DNA of 64,000 bases. Origin: Basidiobolus meristosporus CBS 931.73 (lineage: Eukaryota > Fungi > Basidiobolomycota). Within the stretch, counting starts at the first letter, position 1; each line of letters opens with the position of its first letter. The stretch lies in NCBI GenBank assembly GCA_002104905.1, contig MCFE01000037.1:140378-204377 (forward strand), written 5' to 3'. A model generated the notes under the pieces. The model did no database searches. It was not told the origin of the DNA and worked only from the letters and a program-made list of their open reading frames with translations. Both the position numbers and the translations under genes were made by a program. Positions 25,654 to 38,106 of this stretch are shown here, piece after piece.

Positions 25654-26545
25654 ATGTCATCCTTCGTTGAACTAAAACGTCAAGCTTACGGTAAAGCCAA
25701 GGTCAGAGTGCACCAAGGCCATCCGCCACACCGCCTAGTACAACGACATTCGTTGAGCTCACTTGCCAAGTCCTTCTCGAGGGTGACTTCGAAGAGGCTT
25801 ACACCAAGGCTGACAACAGCATGGTTGTCCCCACTGACACTGTCAAGAACACCTGCTACGTCATTGCCAAGAAGTCCGACCATGTTCAGACCATCGAACG
25901 TTATGCTACGAGCTTGGCAAGCACTTCGTTGACAAGTACTCCCATGTCACCCATGCTCATGTGCACATTGTCAAGTACCGCTGGGCCAGAATCAATGTCA
26001 ACGGCGAGCCCCACCCTCACTCCTTCTACCGTGACGGCAGCGAGACCAGAGAGACCTGGGTCACAGTCAGTGCGAACGATGTCAGCATCAAGTCTGGCTT
26101 GGAAGGCCTCCTTGTGTTGAAGACCACCGGCTCGTCCTTCACCAACTTCCATCACTGCGAGAACACCACTCTCCAAGATGCTGATGACCGTATCTTCTCC
26201 ACCACTGTCAAGGCCCACTACAACATCGACACCTCGATTGGAGTCGAGAACATTCCATTCGACCGCATCTTTGAAGGAGTCCGCAAGACCACCCTGGATG
26301 TGTTCGCTCACGATGACTCTGCCTCAGTCCAGGCCACCATGTACCTCATGGGTGATGTGATCTTGAAACGCTATCCCGAAGTTCAGGATGTGTACTACGC
26401 CCTCCCCAACAGCCATCATTTCACCACTAACCTCGAGCCATTCAACCTTCCTAACTCCGGCCGAGAGATGACTATTTTCTCACCCATTACCGACTTCTCG
26501 GGGTACATTACTGCTACGATTGGTCGGCGTGGTAACAAGTTCTAA
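25654..26545 (+). CDS. uox: Urate oxidase type B, copy B4 (indels at ~25710, ~25750, ~25906 and an apparent TAG; divergent C-terminal segment)
   Basis: Type-B sequence split across frames; error versus pseudogene unresolved. Confidence 0.75.
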
Positions 26546-27007
26546 TGTATCACAAAAGTTCCTTGTGTAAAATTCGGCAGTAAATATAGCATTCGTTCTA
26601 AACCATTATCCTGAGCCTGCTGCTTCATCGATCCGAAAATAGTAAGGTTAATCTGAATAGTTCGGCTCGTCAAATACATTGAAAGGCAGCCAACAAGATT
26701 GCCATATCAGCCGCTATAAAACGTGTAATCTTATTTGCACCAACATCTCAAACTTTAGCATGACAAAAAGTGAGCCTTCACGAACTCATTTAACTGGACC
26801 AATAATGCTCCGCTGAAACGAATAGTCAGTAGTGTAGTCTACCACAAACATCCAATTAAGTATCAGCTACACACTGTTCAGTTTTCAATGTTCATTTCAA
26901 CCCATTATCAATCTCACTAATAGAATTGACAGGACTTCATTAGAGATTGGTCATAGATTTAATGGTAGAGTTTATTGAATTACTAATTGCTAAAATTTAC
27001 AAAGGGC

Positions 27008-27898
27008 TTAACGACGAGCAATGGTAGCAGTGATATAGCCAGATGGATCACTGATGGGTTGGAAGATGTTCATGTCCTTGCCTTCGTTGGGAAGGTTGAA
27101 GGGCTTCAAGTTGACGCTGAGGTAGTGCTTGTTGGGAAGAGCATAGCTGATCTCGCTGACATCCACGTTCTGTCCCAACACCTTCTCACCCATTTGGTAC
27201 ATGGTGGCTTGCACCGAGGCTGAGTCATCGGTGGCGAAGGTGCTGAGGGTGATCTCACGAACGCTGTTGGCGATCTCGTCGAATGGAATCTCCTCGATCT
27301 TGGACTTCTCAAGGTTGTAGGTCCACTTGGCATCCACGCTGGTGGAGAAGATGCGGTCGGTGGCATCCTGGAGAGTGGTGTTCTCACAACGGTGGAAGTT
27401 GGTGAATGAGGAGCCGGTGGACTTCAACACAAGGAGATCCTTGAGGCGGGACTCGATGGACACCTTTCCATCACGAGAGACAACCAGCTCAACACGTCTG
27501 GTCTCATCACCGTCACGGAGGAAGGAGTGCGGGTGGAGCTGGCCATCGATCTCAACGCGGGTCCAGCGGTGCTGGATGAGCTTGATGTAGACGTCATCGA
27601 CATGAGAGTATCTGTTGATGAAGTGTTGACCAATCTCGTAGCCGAAACGCTCGATGGTCTGGACATTCTCGGACTTCTTGGCGAGGACATAGAGGGTGTT
27701 CTTGACAGTATCGGTGGGGACAACGACAGAGTTGTCAGCCTCGGTGTAGGAGGTCTCGAACTTGCCATCGAGGAGAACTTGAGCGGTGAGCTCGACAACA
27801 TCATGCCAGTTCTTGGTGTGGCGGATGACCTTGGTGATGCGAACCTTGGTCTTGCCATAGGCTTGCTTCTTCAAATAGGCACTGGAAGTGTTGGACAT
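27008..27898 (-). CDS. uox: Urate oxidase type A, copy A5
   Basis: Intact 296 aa. Confidence 0.96.
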   Translation of the reverse strand: MSNTSSAYLKKQAYGKTKVRITKVIRHTKNWHDVVELTAQVLLDGKFETSYTEADNSVVVPTDTVKNTLYVLAKKSENVQTIERFGYEIGQHFINRYSHVDDVYIKLIQHRWTRVEIDGQLHPHSFLRDGDETRRVELVVSRDGKVSIESRLKDLLVLKSTGSSFTNFHRCENTTLQDATDRIFSTSVDAKWTYNLEKSKIEEIPFDEIANSVREITLSTFATDDSASVQATMYQMGEKVLGQNVDVSEISYALPNKHYLSVNLKPFNLPNEGKDMNIFQPISDPSGYITATIARR

Positions 27899-28415
27899 TT
27901 CGTAGATAGATACTTTGTTAATACAAGCTACTCCTGATGTGAGAGGTAGACGATGACTTCTCTTATATATATTGCATGTGGTGTCACTCGGAGTACCTTA
28001 TATTAAAATAGAATCTAAATCAAATCAAGTCTCGGCCATTCCTCACTTTAGTCCCACCAATATGGCGGAATGGTGTTTTCTACCCTCTATTGCAGATGTT
28101 CTCAGGGATTCAGATCAACTCCACGTCCTTTAATTTGGCGACTATCGGAGATGGTATTTGTTATACGGACCATTGTGCTACTGGTATAAAAAGGCAAATC
28201 TAATCTTTGATGTTCTCTTGACAAATTGCTGTGTGCACGTACTAAGGTCTAGATCCAGGATTTGAATTTGATACCAGCACATGTGGTAAATGATTGCAAT
28301 GCAAATTAGAATGTATATGCTACAAAGGCGATGGAACTGCCCTCAAGGGTATTTAAATGCAGAGCTCGTTGTCGTTGAATAGTAATCAAGCACATCGTTC
28401 GGGAGTTATTTGAAA

Positions 28416-29306
28416 ATGTCTGCATCTGTTGAGTTGAAGCGCCAAGCCTATGGTAAAGCCAAGGTCAGAGTCACCAAGGCCATTCGCCACACCGCCCAAT
28501 ACAACGACATCGTTGAGCTCACTTGCCAAGTCCTTCTCGAGGGTGACTTCGAAGAGGCTTACACCAAGGCTGACAACAGCATGGTTGTCCCCACTGACAC
28601 TGTCAAGAACACCTGCTACGTCATTGCCAAGAAGTCCGACCATGTTCAGACCATCGAGCGTTATGCCTACGAGCTCGGCAAGCACTTCGTTGACAAGTAC
28701 ACCCATGTCACCCATGCTCATGTGCACATTGTCAAGTACCGCTGGGCCAGAATCAATGTCAACGGCGAGCCCCACCCTCACTCCTTCTACCGCGATGGTA
28801 GTGAGACCAGAGAGACCTGGGTCACAGTCAGTGCGAACGATGTCAGCATCAAGTCTGGCTTGGAAGGCCTCCTTGTGTTGAAGACCACCGGCTCGTCCTT
28901 CACCAACTTCCATCGCTGCGAGAACACCACTCTCCAAGATGCTGATGACCGTATCTTCTCCACCACTGTCAAGGCCCACTACAACATCGACACCTCGGTT
29001 GGAGTCGAGAACATTCCATTCGACCGCATCTTTGAAGGAGTCCGCAAGACCACCCTTGATGTGTTCGCCCACGATGACTCTGCCTCAGTCCAGGCCACCA
29101 TGTACCGCATGGCTGAGTTGATCTTGAAGCGCTTCCCAGAAGTCCGTGATGTGTACTACGCCCTCCCCAACAGCCATCACTTCACCACCAACCTTGCCCC
29201 CTTCAACCTCCCGAATGCTGGCCAAGAGATGACCATTTTCTCCCCAGTCACCGACTTCTCTGGATACATTACTGCTACCATTGGTCGTCGTCGCAGCAAC
29301 TTCTAA
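28416..29306 (+). CDS. uox: Urate oxidase type B, copy B5 (ends RRSNF)
   Basis: Intact 296 aa from ATG 28416. Confidence 0.96.
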   Translation: MSASVELKRQAYGKAKVRVTKAIRHTAQYNDIVELTCQVLLEGDFEEAYTKADNSMVVPTDTVKNTCYVIAKKSDHVQTIERYAYELGKHFVDKYTHVTHAHVHIVKYRWARINVNGEPHPHSFYRDGSETRETWVTVSANDVSIKSGLEGLLVLKTTGSSFTNFHRCENTTLQDADDRIFSTTVKAHYNIDTSVGVENIPFDRIFEGVRKTTLDVFAHDDSASVQATMYRMAELILKRFPEVRDVYYALPNSHHFTTNLAPFNLPNAGQEMTIFSPVTDFSGYITATIGRRRSNF

Positions 29307-30764
29307 TTCATGCTTCGCGCATTTCATGTAACATACCCAATAAAAGTTTACACTGTTAGTGTACGTACTTGAACAAAACATTTTTGAATATCAGGATTAG
29401 AATTCGGTAGTTTAAGTAGTGTATATGGAAGGGTCATTTGCAATCTCATTTTCAACTCTGCGCTTCATCGATGTATGATTGCATGGACTCTGTATCAATA
29501 ATGAAATTGGTGACATTTACGTCTGATGAGAATATCGTGAAGAAGGTAGAGCTTGGTTTGTATCTGCGTTTGGGATTATCAGCGGGAAACTTTATATATG
29601 CAGTCTTAACGGAAGGTGATATTACCTTTACTCCTAATTACTTGTATATCATGAATACACTCATGACCTATACCCTTGTTAGTTAACATCGTAGGATTAT
29701 TGGTTTCCTGGAGCTATAAAAGAAGAGTAATAAGAGATCATCAACTACATACATACACCTCCGTAGTACTCTGCATTCAGTTCCCAATATAACATATAAA
29801 ATCAGAATGTGTACCTTATTTCTACTAACCAAAGGACTTTCAATTTATTTACAGCTGATGGAGCACACAGATCATTGCAATTAGCTAATTCATCATCTAT
29901 ATCATTCATACATTAGATGTCTCGACCTGTCAAATTACCAAGCTCTTGAATATTCTCAAAGGATCTAGTTAGTAAGACACTTCCTAATTTTTGGATTATT
30001 TACCAAAACATTTGGGCTTTCCCAAGCCTGTGACACTACTTCATGGTACTTTCCCCAAAAATTCTTATGTTTTCCAACTAAAAAGTTCTACCAAATTGTC
30101 CCTATAAAACAAATCAGTGAGTAAAGTGACACATAATCCGCAATTTTCCCAATTTTCCAAGTCAATAGACGACGCTTCATACCATACATAATACAAATAG
30201 ATTTAAGACTTAGAAAAGGGTTGGCCATAGTTAAACCAGATCCTTTTCAGTTAGAGCACTTCCCCATTCATAAAAACCTATACATAGTGCAAGGATTATC
30301 CCATCTCAGTTTTCTCAATTCCCAAGAAGTAAGAAATCAAGTGAATTTGGGTTTTCCAAACTATTGCACCAACATTTAAAAGTCTAACATGGCTGGGAAA
30401 ACCCTCAATAGGCAGAGCTGGCCATTCGAACTTCGATCAATGTTTCTGTGCACTTGGTTATTGTCTTCAGTTGATCAATCAAATCGAACGTATCATGGCC
30501 CAGTGCGTTAATACGCATCCGAGATTAACCAGCATACCTCCTATTGAGCCATATACCAGCAATTTCCAATCAACCATAGCCACCCGGAAATAGCTATCAG
30601 TAATGTCATTCAATAAGTTACTATTGCGGCATAAACCTGGCTCTGTGCTACGTTCAAATGAACGCGCGTATAATTTACCAGGTAAAGTTCGAACCACTAC
30701 TAATAAACGAAATTAAGTAGAATGGGGTTTATTAAATTGCGAAATGCCAAAATTTACAAAGGGC

Positions 30765-31656
30765 TTAACGACGAGCAATGGTAGCAGTAATATAGCCAGA
30801 TGGATCACTGATGGGTTGGAAGATATTCATGTCCTTGCCTTCGTTGGGGAGGTTGAAGGGCTTCAAGTTGACGCTGAGGTAGTGCTTGTTGGGAAGAGCA
30901 TAGCTGATCTCGCTGACATCCACGTTCTGTCCCAACACCTTCTCACCCATTTGGTACATGGTAGCTTGCACCGAGGCTGAGTCATCGGTGGCGAAGGTGC
31001 TGAGGGTGATCTCACGAACGCTGCTGGCGATCTCGTCGAATGGAATCTCCTCGATCTTGGACTTCTCAAGGTTGTAGGTCCACTTGGCATCCACACTGGT
31101 GGAGAAGATGCGGTCGGTGGCGTCCTGGAGAGTGGTGTTCTCACAACGGTGGAAGTTGGTGAATGATGAGCCGGTGGACTTCAACACAAGGAGGTCCTTG
31201 AGGCGGGACTCGATGGACACCTTTCCATCACGAGAGACAACCAGCTCAACACGTCTGGTCTCATCACCGTCACGGAGGAAGGAGTGCGGGTGGAGCTGGC
31301 CATCGATCTCAACGCGGGTCCAGCGGTGCTGGATGAGCTTGATGTAGACATCATCGACATGAGAGTATCTGTTGATGAAGTGTTGACCAATCTCGTAGCC
31401 GAAACGCTCGATGGTCTGGACATTCTCGGACTTCTTGGCGAGGACATAGAGGGTGTTCTTGACAGTGTCAGTGGGGACAACGACAGAGTTGTCAGCCTCG
31501 GTGTAGGAGGTCTCGAACTTGCCATCGAGGAGGACTTGAGCGGTGAGCTCGACAACATCGTGCCAGTTCTTAGTGTGGCGGATGATCCTTGGTGATGCGA
31601 ACCTTGGTCTTGCCATAGGCTTGCTTCTTCAAATAGGCACTGGAAGTGTTGGACAT
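30765..31656 (-). CDS. uox: Urate oxidase type A, copy A6 (1-nt insertion at ~31586)
   Basis: 892 nt, otherwise near-identical to A5/A7. Confidence 0.85.
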
Positions 31657-32177
31657 TTCGTTACTAGATATTTGGCAGATACTTTGAACTCCTGATAGAT
31701 ACGAGTGACAATGACTTCTCTTATATAACTGGTAGTGCCACTTGTTGATCTTAATTTACCATTGGAGTAGGTAGAATCTTTTTAGAAATATATGTGATGG
31801 CCTCGGCCAGCCCACTACGATGATGCACAAAGTGTGTGTGTGAGATGCGGTCACAGCCCTCATTTGTAGATATTCTCAGGAATAGAGATCAACTACACAT
31901 CCTTCATTACCAGCGATGGGAGATGATTTGTGTGACAGCAACTGCGTTGCAACTAGATCCGCAAGTCCCATCTAATCTACTATGTTCTCGTGACTAGTGG
32001 CCGTGTGCAATTGCCAATGCCTAGATCCAGAAATTAGAATAACACCGAGATTGCAGTGAAATGAACATGGTGCATATCCGAGGATGTATGTGGTCGGGAA
32101 CTTTCTCAGATTGTATATATATGCCGCGCTGAAGAAATGGAAAGGCCAAGCAATATCATTGGTAAGTGATTTGAAGT

Positions 32178-33068
32178 ATGTCTGCCTCTGTTCAATTAAA
32201 ACGTCAAGCCTATGGTAAAGCCAAGGTCAGAGTCACCAAGGCCATCCGCCACACCGCCCAATACAACGACATTGTCGAGCTCACTTGCCAAGTCCTTCTC
32301 GAGGGTGACTTCGAAGAGGCTTACACCAAGGCTGACAACAGCATGGTTGTCCCCACTGACACTGTCAAGAACACCTGCTACGTCATTGCCAAGAAGTCCG
32401 ACCATGTTCAGACCATCGAACGTTATGCCTACGAGCTCGGCAAGCACTTCGTTGACAAGTACTCCCATGTCACCCATGCTCATGTGCACATTGTCAAGTA
32501 CCGCTGGGCCAGAATCAATGTCAACGGCGAGCCCCACCCTCACTCCTTCTACCGTGACGGCAGCGAGACCAGAGAGACCTGGGTCACGGTCAGTGCGAAC
32601 GATGTCAGCATCAAGTCTGGCTTGGAAGGCCTTCTTGTGTTAAAGACCACCGGCTCGTCCTTCACCAACTTCCATCACTGCGAGAACACCACTCTCCAAG
32701 ACGCTGATGACCGTATCTTCTCCACCACTGTCAAGGCCCACTACAACATCGACACCTCGATTGGAGTCGAGAACATTCCATTCGACCGCATCTTTGAAGG
32801 AGTCCGCAAGACCACCCTGGATGTGTTCGCCCACGATGACTCTGCCTCAGTCCAGGCCACCATGTACCGCATGGCTGAGCTGATCTTGAAGCGCTTCCCA
32901 GAAGTCCGTGATGTGTACTACGCCCTCCCCAACAGCCATCACTTCACCACCAACCTTGCCCCCTTCAACCTCCCTAACGCTGGCCAAGAGATGACCATTT
33001 TCTCCCCTGTTACTGACTTCTCTGGATACATCACCGCAACCATTGGTCGTCGTGGCAACAAATTCTAA
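32178..33068 (+). CDS. uox: Urate oxidase type B, copy B6
   Basis: Intact 296 aa. Confidence 0.96.
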   Translation: MSASVQLKRQAYGKAKVRVTKAIRHTAQYNDIVELTCQVLLEGDFEEAYTKADNSMVVPTDTVKNTCYVIAKKSDHVQTIERYAYELGKHFVDKYSHVTHAHVHIVKYRWARINVNGEPHPHSFYRDGSETRETWVTVSANDVSIKSGLEGLLVLKTTGSSFTNFHHCENTTLQDADDRIFSTTVKAHYNIDTSIGVENIPFDRIFEGVRKTTLDVFAHDDSASVQATMYRMAELILKRFPEVRDVYYALPNSHHFTTNLAPFNLPNAGQEMTIFSPVTDFSGYITATIGRRGNKF

Positions 33069-33928
33069 TTCATTCCATTAACGTATGTAAAACATCCATT
33101 AAATATCAACTACCATCAATCCTTATTGCATTTTTGAAACTTAATAGAGTAGTGTGAAAACCTAGTTGAATCAACTACAATTTTATATAAGTGCAGGAAT
33201 AATAACGGTGGACTTCTGGCAACCCTAAACCTTTCCTGGGTTGATATCTGGTGAACCTTCCATACAAATATCAAATATAGAAATGGTTCAGAGGTGATGT
33301 TTAGCTACAGAGTACGGGTTGATAATCTGGGAGATATATAATTTAAATAAGGGCAATTTTTGTAAGCCAAATAAAATGATCGACCTCCCGGTTCGTCATT
33401 AAATGGGAACTGGAAAAATGAGTTCGTCTCATAATTCAAACTACTGAAGTTTTGTGACCACATTTTTCGCCACCACTACCGTCAAATAAAGTTACAGGAA
33501 TTGGTGGTGAACTATGTTGAGATGTAAATTGGGTTTATCTTTTAGCCACAGTGGGCCATATGCTGTTACTAATACCGGTTGTATACACACCCAGATACTT
33601 CTGTACTCATTAATAATAAAATATTGTATCCGACTGTATTAGAAATACTCCAAAGTTTGGGTAGTATTTCATCCCCATTGAAAGATATTAATGAAAAACG
33701 GGAAGCACTGATCAATTTCAAATACAAACAGAGAAATCAGGCATTATAGCAGCTCGCTTTGACTGCTCACATGGCCATTGTCTGCATCAAACACACAGCG
33801 CCCATGGTGTTCCATGTCGAAGGATGTTCAATGCGTTCGAAATTGAGTTGATATATTATTTTAATAGTGTCAGATATTACATGATGTGCAATGATACGAA
33901 TGGGGTAAACGCCCAAAATACCAAAACC

Positions 33929-34819
33929 TTAACGACGAGCAATGGTAGCAGTGATATAGCCAGATGGATCACTGATGGGTTGGAAGATGTTCATGTCCTT
34001 GCCTTCGTTGGGGAGGTTGAAGGGCTTCAAGTTGACGCTGAGGTAGTGCTTGTTGGGAAGAGCATAGCTGATCTCGCTGACATCCACGTTCTGTCCCAAC
34101 ACCTTCTCACCCATTTGGTACATGGTGGCTTGCACCGAGGCTGAGTCATCGGTGGCGAAGGTGCTGAGGGTGATCTCACGAACGCTGCTGGCGATCTCGT
34201 CGAATGGAATCTCCTCGATCTTGGACTTCTCAAGGTTGTAGGTCCACTTGGCATCCACACTGGTGGAGAAGATGCGGTCGGTGGCATCCTGGAGAGTGGT
34301 GTTCTCACAACGGTGGAAGTTGGTGAATGATGAGCCGGTGGACTTCAACACAAGGAGATCCTTGAGGCGGGACTCGATGGACACCTTTCCATCACGAGAG
34401 ACAACCAGCTCAACACGTCTGGTCTCATCACCGTCACGGAGGAAGGAGTGCGGGTGGAGCTGGCCATCGATCTCAACGCGGGTCCAGCGGTGCTGGATGA
34501 GCTTGATGTAGACGTCATCGACATGAGAGTATCTGTTGATGAAGTGTTGGCCAATCTCGTAGCCGAAACGCTCGATGGTCTGGACATTCTCGGACTTCTT
34601 GGCGAGGACATAGAGGGTGTTCTTGACAGTGTCAGTGGGGACAACGACAGAGTTGTCAGCCTCGGTGTAGGAGGTCTCGAACTTGCCATCGAGGAGAACT
34701 TGAGCGGTGAGCTCGACAACATCATGCCAGTTCTTGGTGTGGCGGATGACCTTGGTGATGCGAACCTTGGTCTTGCCATAGGCTTGCTTCTTCAAGTAGG
34801 CACCGGAAGTGTTGGACAT
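33929..34819 (-). CDS. uox: Urate oxidase type A, copy A7
   Basis: Intact 296 aa. Confidence 0.96.
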   Translation of the reverse strand: MSNTSGAYLKKQAYGKTKVRITKVIRHTKNWHDVVELTAQVLLDGKFETSYTEADNSVVVPTDTVKNTLYVLAKKSENVQTIERFGYEIGQHFINRYSHVDDVYIKLIQHRWTRVEIDGQLHPHSFLRDGDETRRVELVVSRDGKVSIESRLKDLLVLKSTGSSFTNFHRCENTTLQDATDRIFSTSVDAKWTYNLEKSKIEEIPFDEIASSVREITLSTFATDDSASVQATMYQMGEKVLGQNVDVSEISYALPNKHYLSVNLKPFNLPNEGKDMNIFQPISDPSGYITATIARR

Positions 34820-34949
34820 TTTGCAGATAGGTATTTGACTTATACTTCATGTGTGGTCCTCTCTCAGTTAAATAGTAAATATTCGGCACGTGCATCCACC
34901 ACCAATTCGGAGTTGTATGAATGGGAAATATGTAGGTTTCAGAGTGGCC

Positions 34950-34963
34950 TCGGCCTTTGCCGA
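34950..34963. promoter_or_regulatory. TCGG-N6-CCGA, a perfect match to the Zn2Cys6 UaY/Ppr1-type site, in the A7/B7 divergent spacer
   Basis: TCGGCCTTTGCCGA; the TCGGCC half is positionally conserved in other spacers. Confidence 0.45.
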
Positions 34964-35300
34964 CTGCTGTCCTACCAAGATCAAGGAGTAAGTGGTGCTT
35001 CCCTCAAACGTAGATAATCTCAGGGTTGAGATCTACTTCTCGTCCTTAGTTACAGCCGTAGATGAATTTGTGTGACACAAATTGCTGTACTGCGAAGTCA
35101 TACTGGTCAAATCTTATCTATCTTGCACCAGAACCAAGCATCAGTCAGTCCCACCGTAGGCCTAGAATCCGGATATAATTTTGGCAGCCGGATTCAGTAG
35201 CAGAATTATTAGTGGCGAAAGAAATTTCCATGATTTTAGGAGTATATATACCGGCATTATTCAGCAGTATAGACCACACAATCATTTCAAAAGAATAGAA

Positions 35301-36192
35301 ATGTCTGGAGCTGTTGAGTTGAAGCGTCAAGCCTATGGTAAAGCCAAGGTCAGAGTCACCAAGGCCATTCGCCACACCGCCCAGTACAACGACATCGTTG
35401 AGCTCACTTGCCAAGTCCTTCTCGAGGGTGACTTCGAAGAGGCTTACACCAAGGCTGACAACAGCATGGTTGTCCCCACTGACACTGTCAAGAACACCTG
35501 CTACGTCATTGCCAAGAAGTCCGACCATGTTCAGACCATCGAGCGTTATGCTTACGAGCTCGGCAAGCACTTCGTTGACAAGTACACCCATGTCACCCAT
35601 GCTCATGTGCACATTGTCAAGTACCGCTGGGCCAGAATCAATGTCAACGGCGAGCCCCACCCTCACTCCTTCTACCGTGACGGCAGCGAGACCAGAGAGA
35701 CCTGGGTCACAGTCAGTGCGAACGATGTCAGCATCAAGTCTGGCTTGGAAGGCCTTCTTGTGTTGAAGACCACCGGTTCGTCCTTCACCAACTTCCATCA
35801 CTGCGAGAACACCACTCTCCAAGACGCTGATGACCGTATCTTCTCCACCACTGTCAAGGCCCACTACAACATCGACACCTCGATTGGAGTCGAGAACATT
35901 CCATTCGACCGCATCTTCGACGGAGTCCGCAAGACCACCCTTGGATGTGTTCGCTCACGATGACTCTGCCTCAGTCCAGGCCACCATGTACCGCATGGCT
36001 GAGTTGATCTTGAAGCGCTTCCCAGAAGTCCGTGATGTGTACTACGCCCTCCCCAACAGCCATCACTTCACCACCAACCTTGCCCCCTTCAGCCTCCCTA
36101 ACGCTGGCCAAGAGATGACCATTTTCTCCCCAGTCACCGACTTCTCTGGATACATTACTGCTACCATTGGCCGTTGTAACACCAAATTCTAA
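35301..36192 (+). CDS. uox: Urate oxidase type B, copy B7 (1-nt insertion at ~35941; ends NTKF)
   Basis: 892 nt; two overlapping ORFs both match type B. Confidence 0.85.
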
Positions 36193-36712
36193 TCCATACT
36201 ACCATTTCTCACACAGCACATTAAATAAATTCATCACTTATGACATCCGTTCATGTATTCTAGGCTTCCTAAATATGTGGTACACCATCCGAACTTAAGG
36301 TTCGAGTAGTACTTCGGAAGTCGCCACTGCAGATCTGTTACCCAAGCATACTCATTTACCCTATATCTGTATTATTCCAACGCAAATGAATGATGTATCA
36401 CCGCTTTCAATGATAATATGAAATCGTACATAGCAACTGCGTTATTCTTAGTTAAACCCTAATGTATATATTGAAATACACGTTGTTTACAGAGTACAGA
36501 AATGTGATCATCAACTTTATGTTAGTGGGTTTTAAAGTGCGCTTTGAGTGTTCAATGTTAATTGTCTGCATCGCATCAAAATTGATCATGAGATCAACAG
36601 TCCAAGGATGTTCAATGCGTTCGAAATTGAGTTGATATATTATTTTAATAATGTCAGATATTACATGATGTCCAATGATACGGATAGGGTAAACGCCCAA
36701 AATACCAAAACC

Positions 36713-37600
36713 TTAACGACGGGCAATGGTGGCAGTGATATAGCCAGATGGATCACTGATGGGTTGGAAGATGTTCATGTCCTTGCCTTCGTTGGGAAGG
36801 TTGAAGGGCTTCAAGTTGACGCTGAGGTAGTGCTTGTTGGGAAGAGCATAGCTGATCTCGCTGACATCCACGTTCTGTCCCAACACCTTCTCACCCATTT
36901 GGTACATGGTGGCTTGCACCGAGGCTGAGTCATCGGTGGCGAAGGTGCTGAGGGTGATCTCACGAACGCTGCTGGCGATCTCGTCGAATGGAATCTCCTC
37001 GATCTTGGACTTCTCAAGGTTGTAGGTCCACTTGGCATCCACACTGGTGGAGAAGATGCGGTCAGTGGCATCCTGGAGAGTGGTGTTCTCACAACGGTGG
37101 AAGTTGGTGAATGAGGAGCCGGTGGACTTCAACACAAGGAGGTCCTTGAGGCGGGACTCGATGGACACCTTTCCATCACGAGAGACAACCAGCTCAACAC
37201 GTCTGGTCTCATCACCGTCACGGAGGAAGGAGTGCGGGTGGAGCTGGCCATCGATCTCAACGCGGGTCCAGCGGTGCTGGATGAGCTTGATGTAGACATC
37301 ATCGACATGAGAGTATCTGTTGATGAAGTGTTGACCAATCTCGTAACCGAAACGCTCGATGGTCTGGACATTCTCGGACTTCTTGGCGAGGACATAGAGG
37401 GTGTTCTTGACAGTGTCGGTGGGGACAACGACAGAGTTGTCAGCCTCGGTGTAGGAGGTCTCGAACTTGCCATCGAGGAGGACTTGAGCGGTGAGCTCGA
37501 CAACATCGTGCCAGTTCTTAGTGTGGCGGATGACCTTGGTGATGCGAACCTTGGTCTTGCCATAGGCTTGTTTCTTCAAGTAAGCAACGGAATTAGGCAT
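36713..37600 (-). CDS. uox: Urate oxidase type A, copy A8
   Basis: Intact 295 aa. Confidence 0.96.
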   Translation of the reverse strand: MPNSVAYLKKQAYGKTKVRITKVIRHTKNWHDVVELTAQVLLDGKFETSYTEADNSVVVPTDTVKNTLYVLAKKSENVQTIERFGYEIGQHFINRYSHVDDVYIKLIQHRWTRVEIDGQLHPHSFLRDGDETRRVELVVSRDGKVSIESRLKDLLVLKSTGSSFTNFHRCENTTLQDATDRIFSTSVDAKWTYNLEKSKIEEIPFDEIASSVREITLSTFATDDSASVQATMYQMGEKVLGQNVDVSEISYALPNKHYLSVNLKPFNLPNEGKDMNIFQPISDPSGYITATIARR

Positions 37601-38106
37601 AACTTTATGATTACAAGAGTTCAGTCAATGTGGTATGGTAGGCATCCAGTTCCTATTTATAGATATTGACCGCTTCCCTCATAACGGTAATGGTCGTCTT
37701 CCGGATTCCTCAATAACAACCTGAGTCTCGGCCTTTCTTATCTCCAGTAAATTCAGGAACCGGGGCCTGATGATGGTAACACATACACTTTATTCTGTTG
37801 CACCATTCAAGTTTGAAAGTCGGTCTGAGCTTCAGTCTGCGTAACCGATTATTTGAAAATGTATAAAAACTTCATCTCGGAGGTTTTCTGTACCACAATC
37901 CAGTTGGACATGCCGATCCTAAATAGTCAAATCTCATCTTGATGAATCTCTTGGTATCATCAAATATTCTGTGCAAAGCCTGGATTCTTGAGCAATCATA
38001 ATTGCGTGTCTATTGCAAAGCTAATGTAATAATGCTGGTCTTAATAGTATAAAAGCGCTCTATCAACCAACATTATAGGTCAGAAACCTTGAGTGGAAGT
38101 ACAAGA

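Noticed and set aside
26110-27420. Near-identical A and B peptide TGSSFTNFHxCENTTLQDA suggesting inter-type conversion
   Set aside because: Many synonymous differences remain; this is better explained by constraint on the substrate-binding segment.
6114-36713. Possible cryptic PTS1 on type A via stop read-through
   Set aside because: The extensions checked (A1-A4) lack a TGA-CTA context and do not end in an SKL-like tripeptide.
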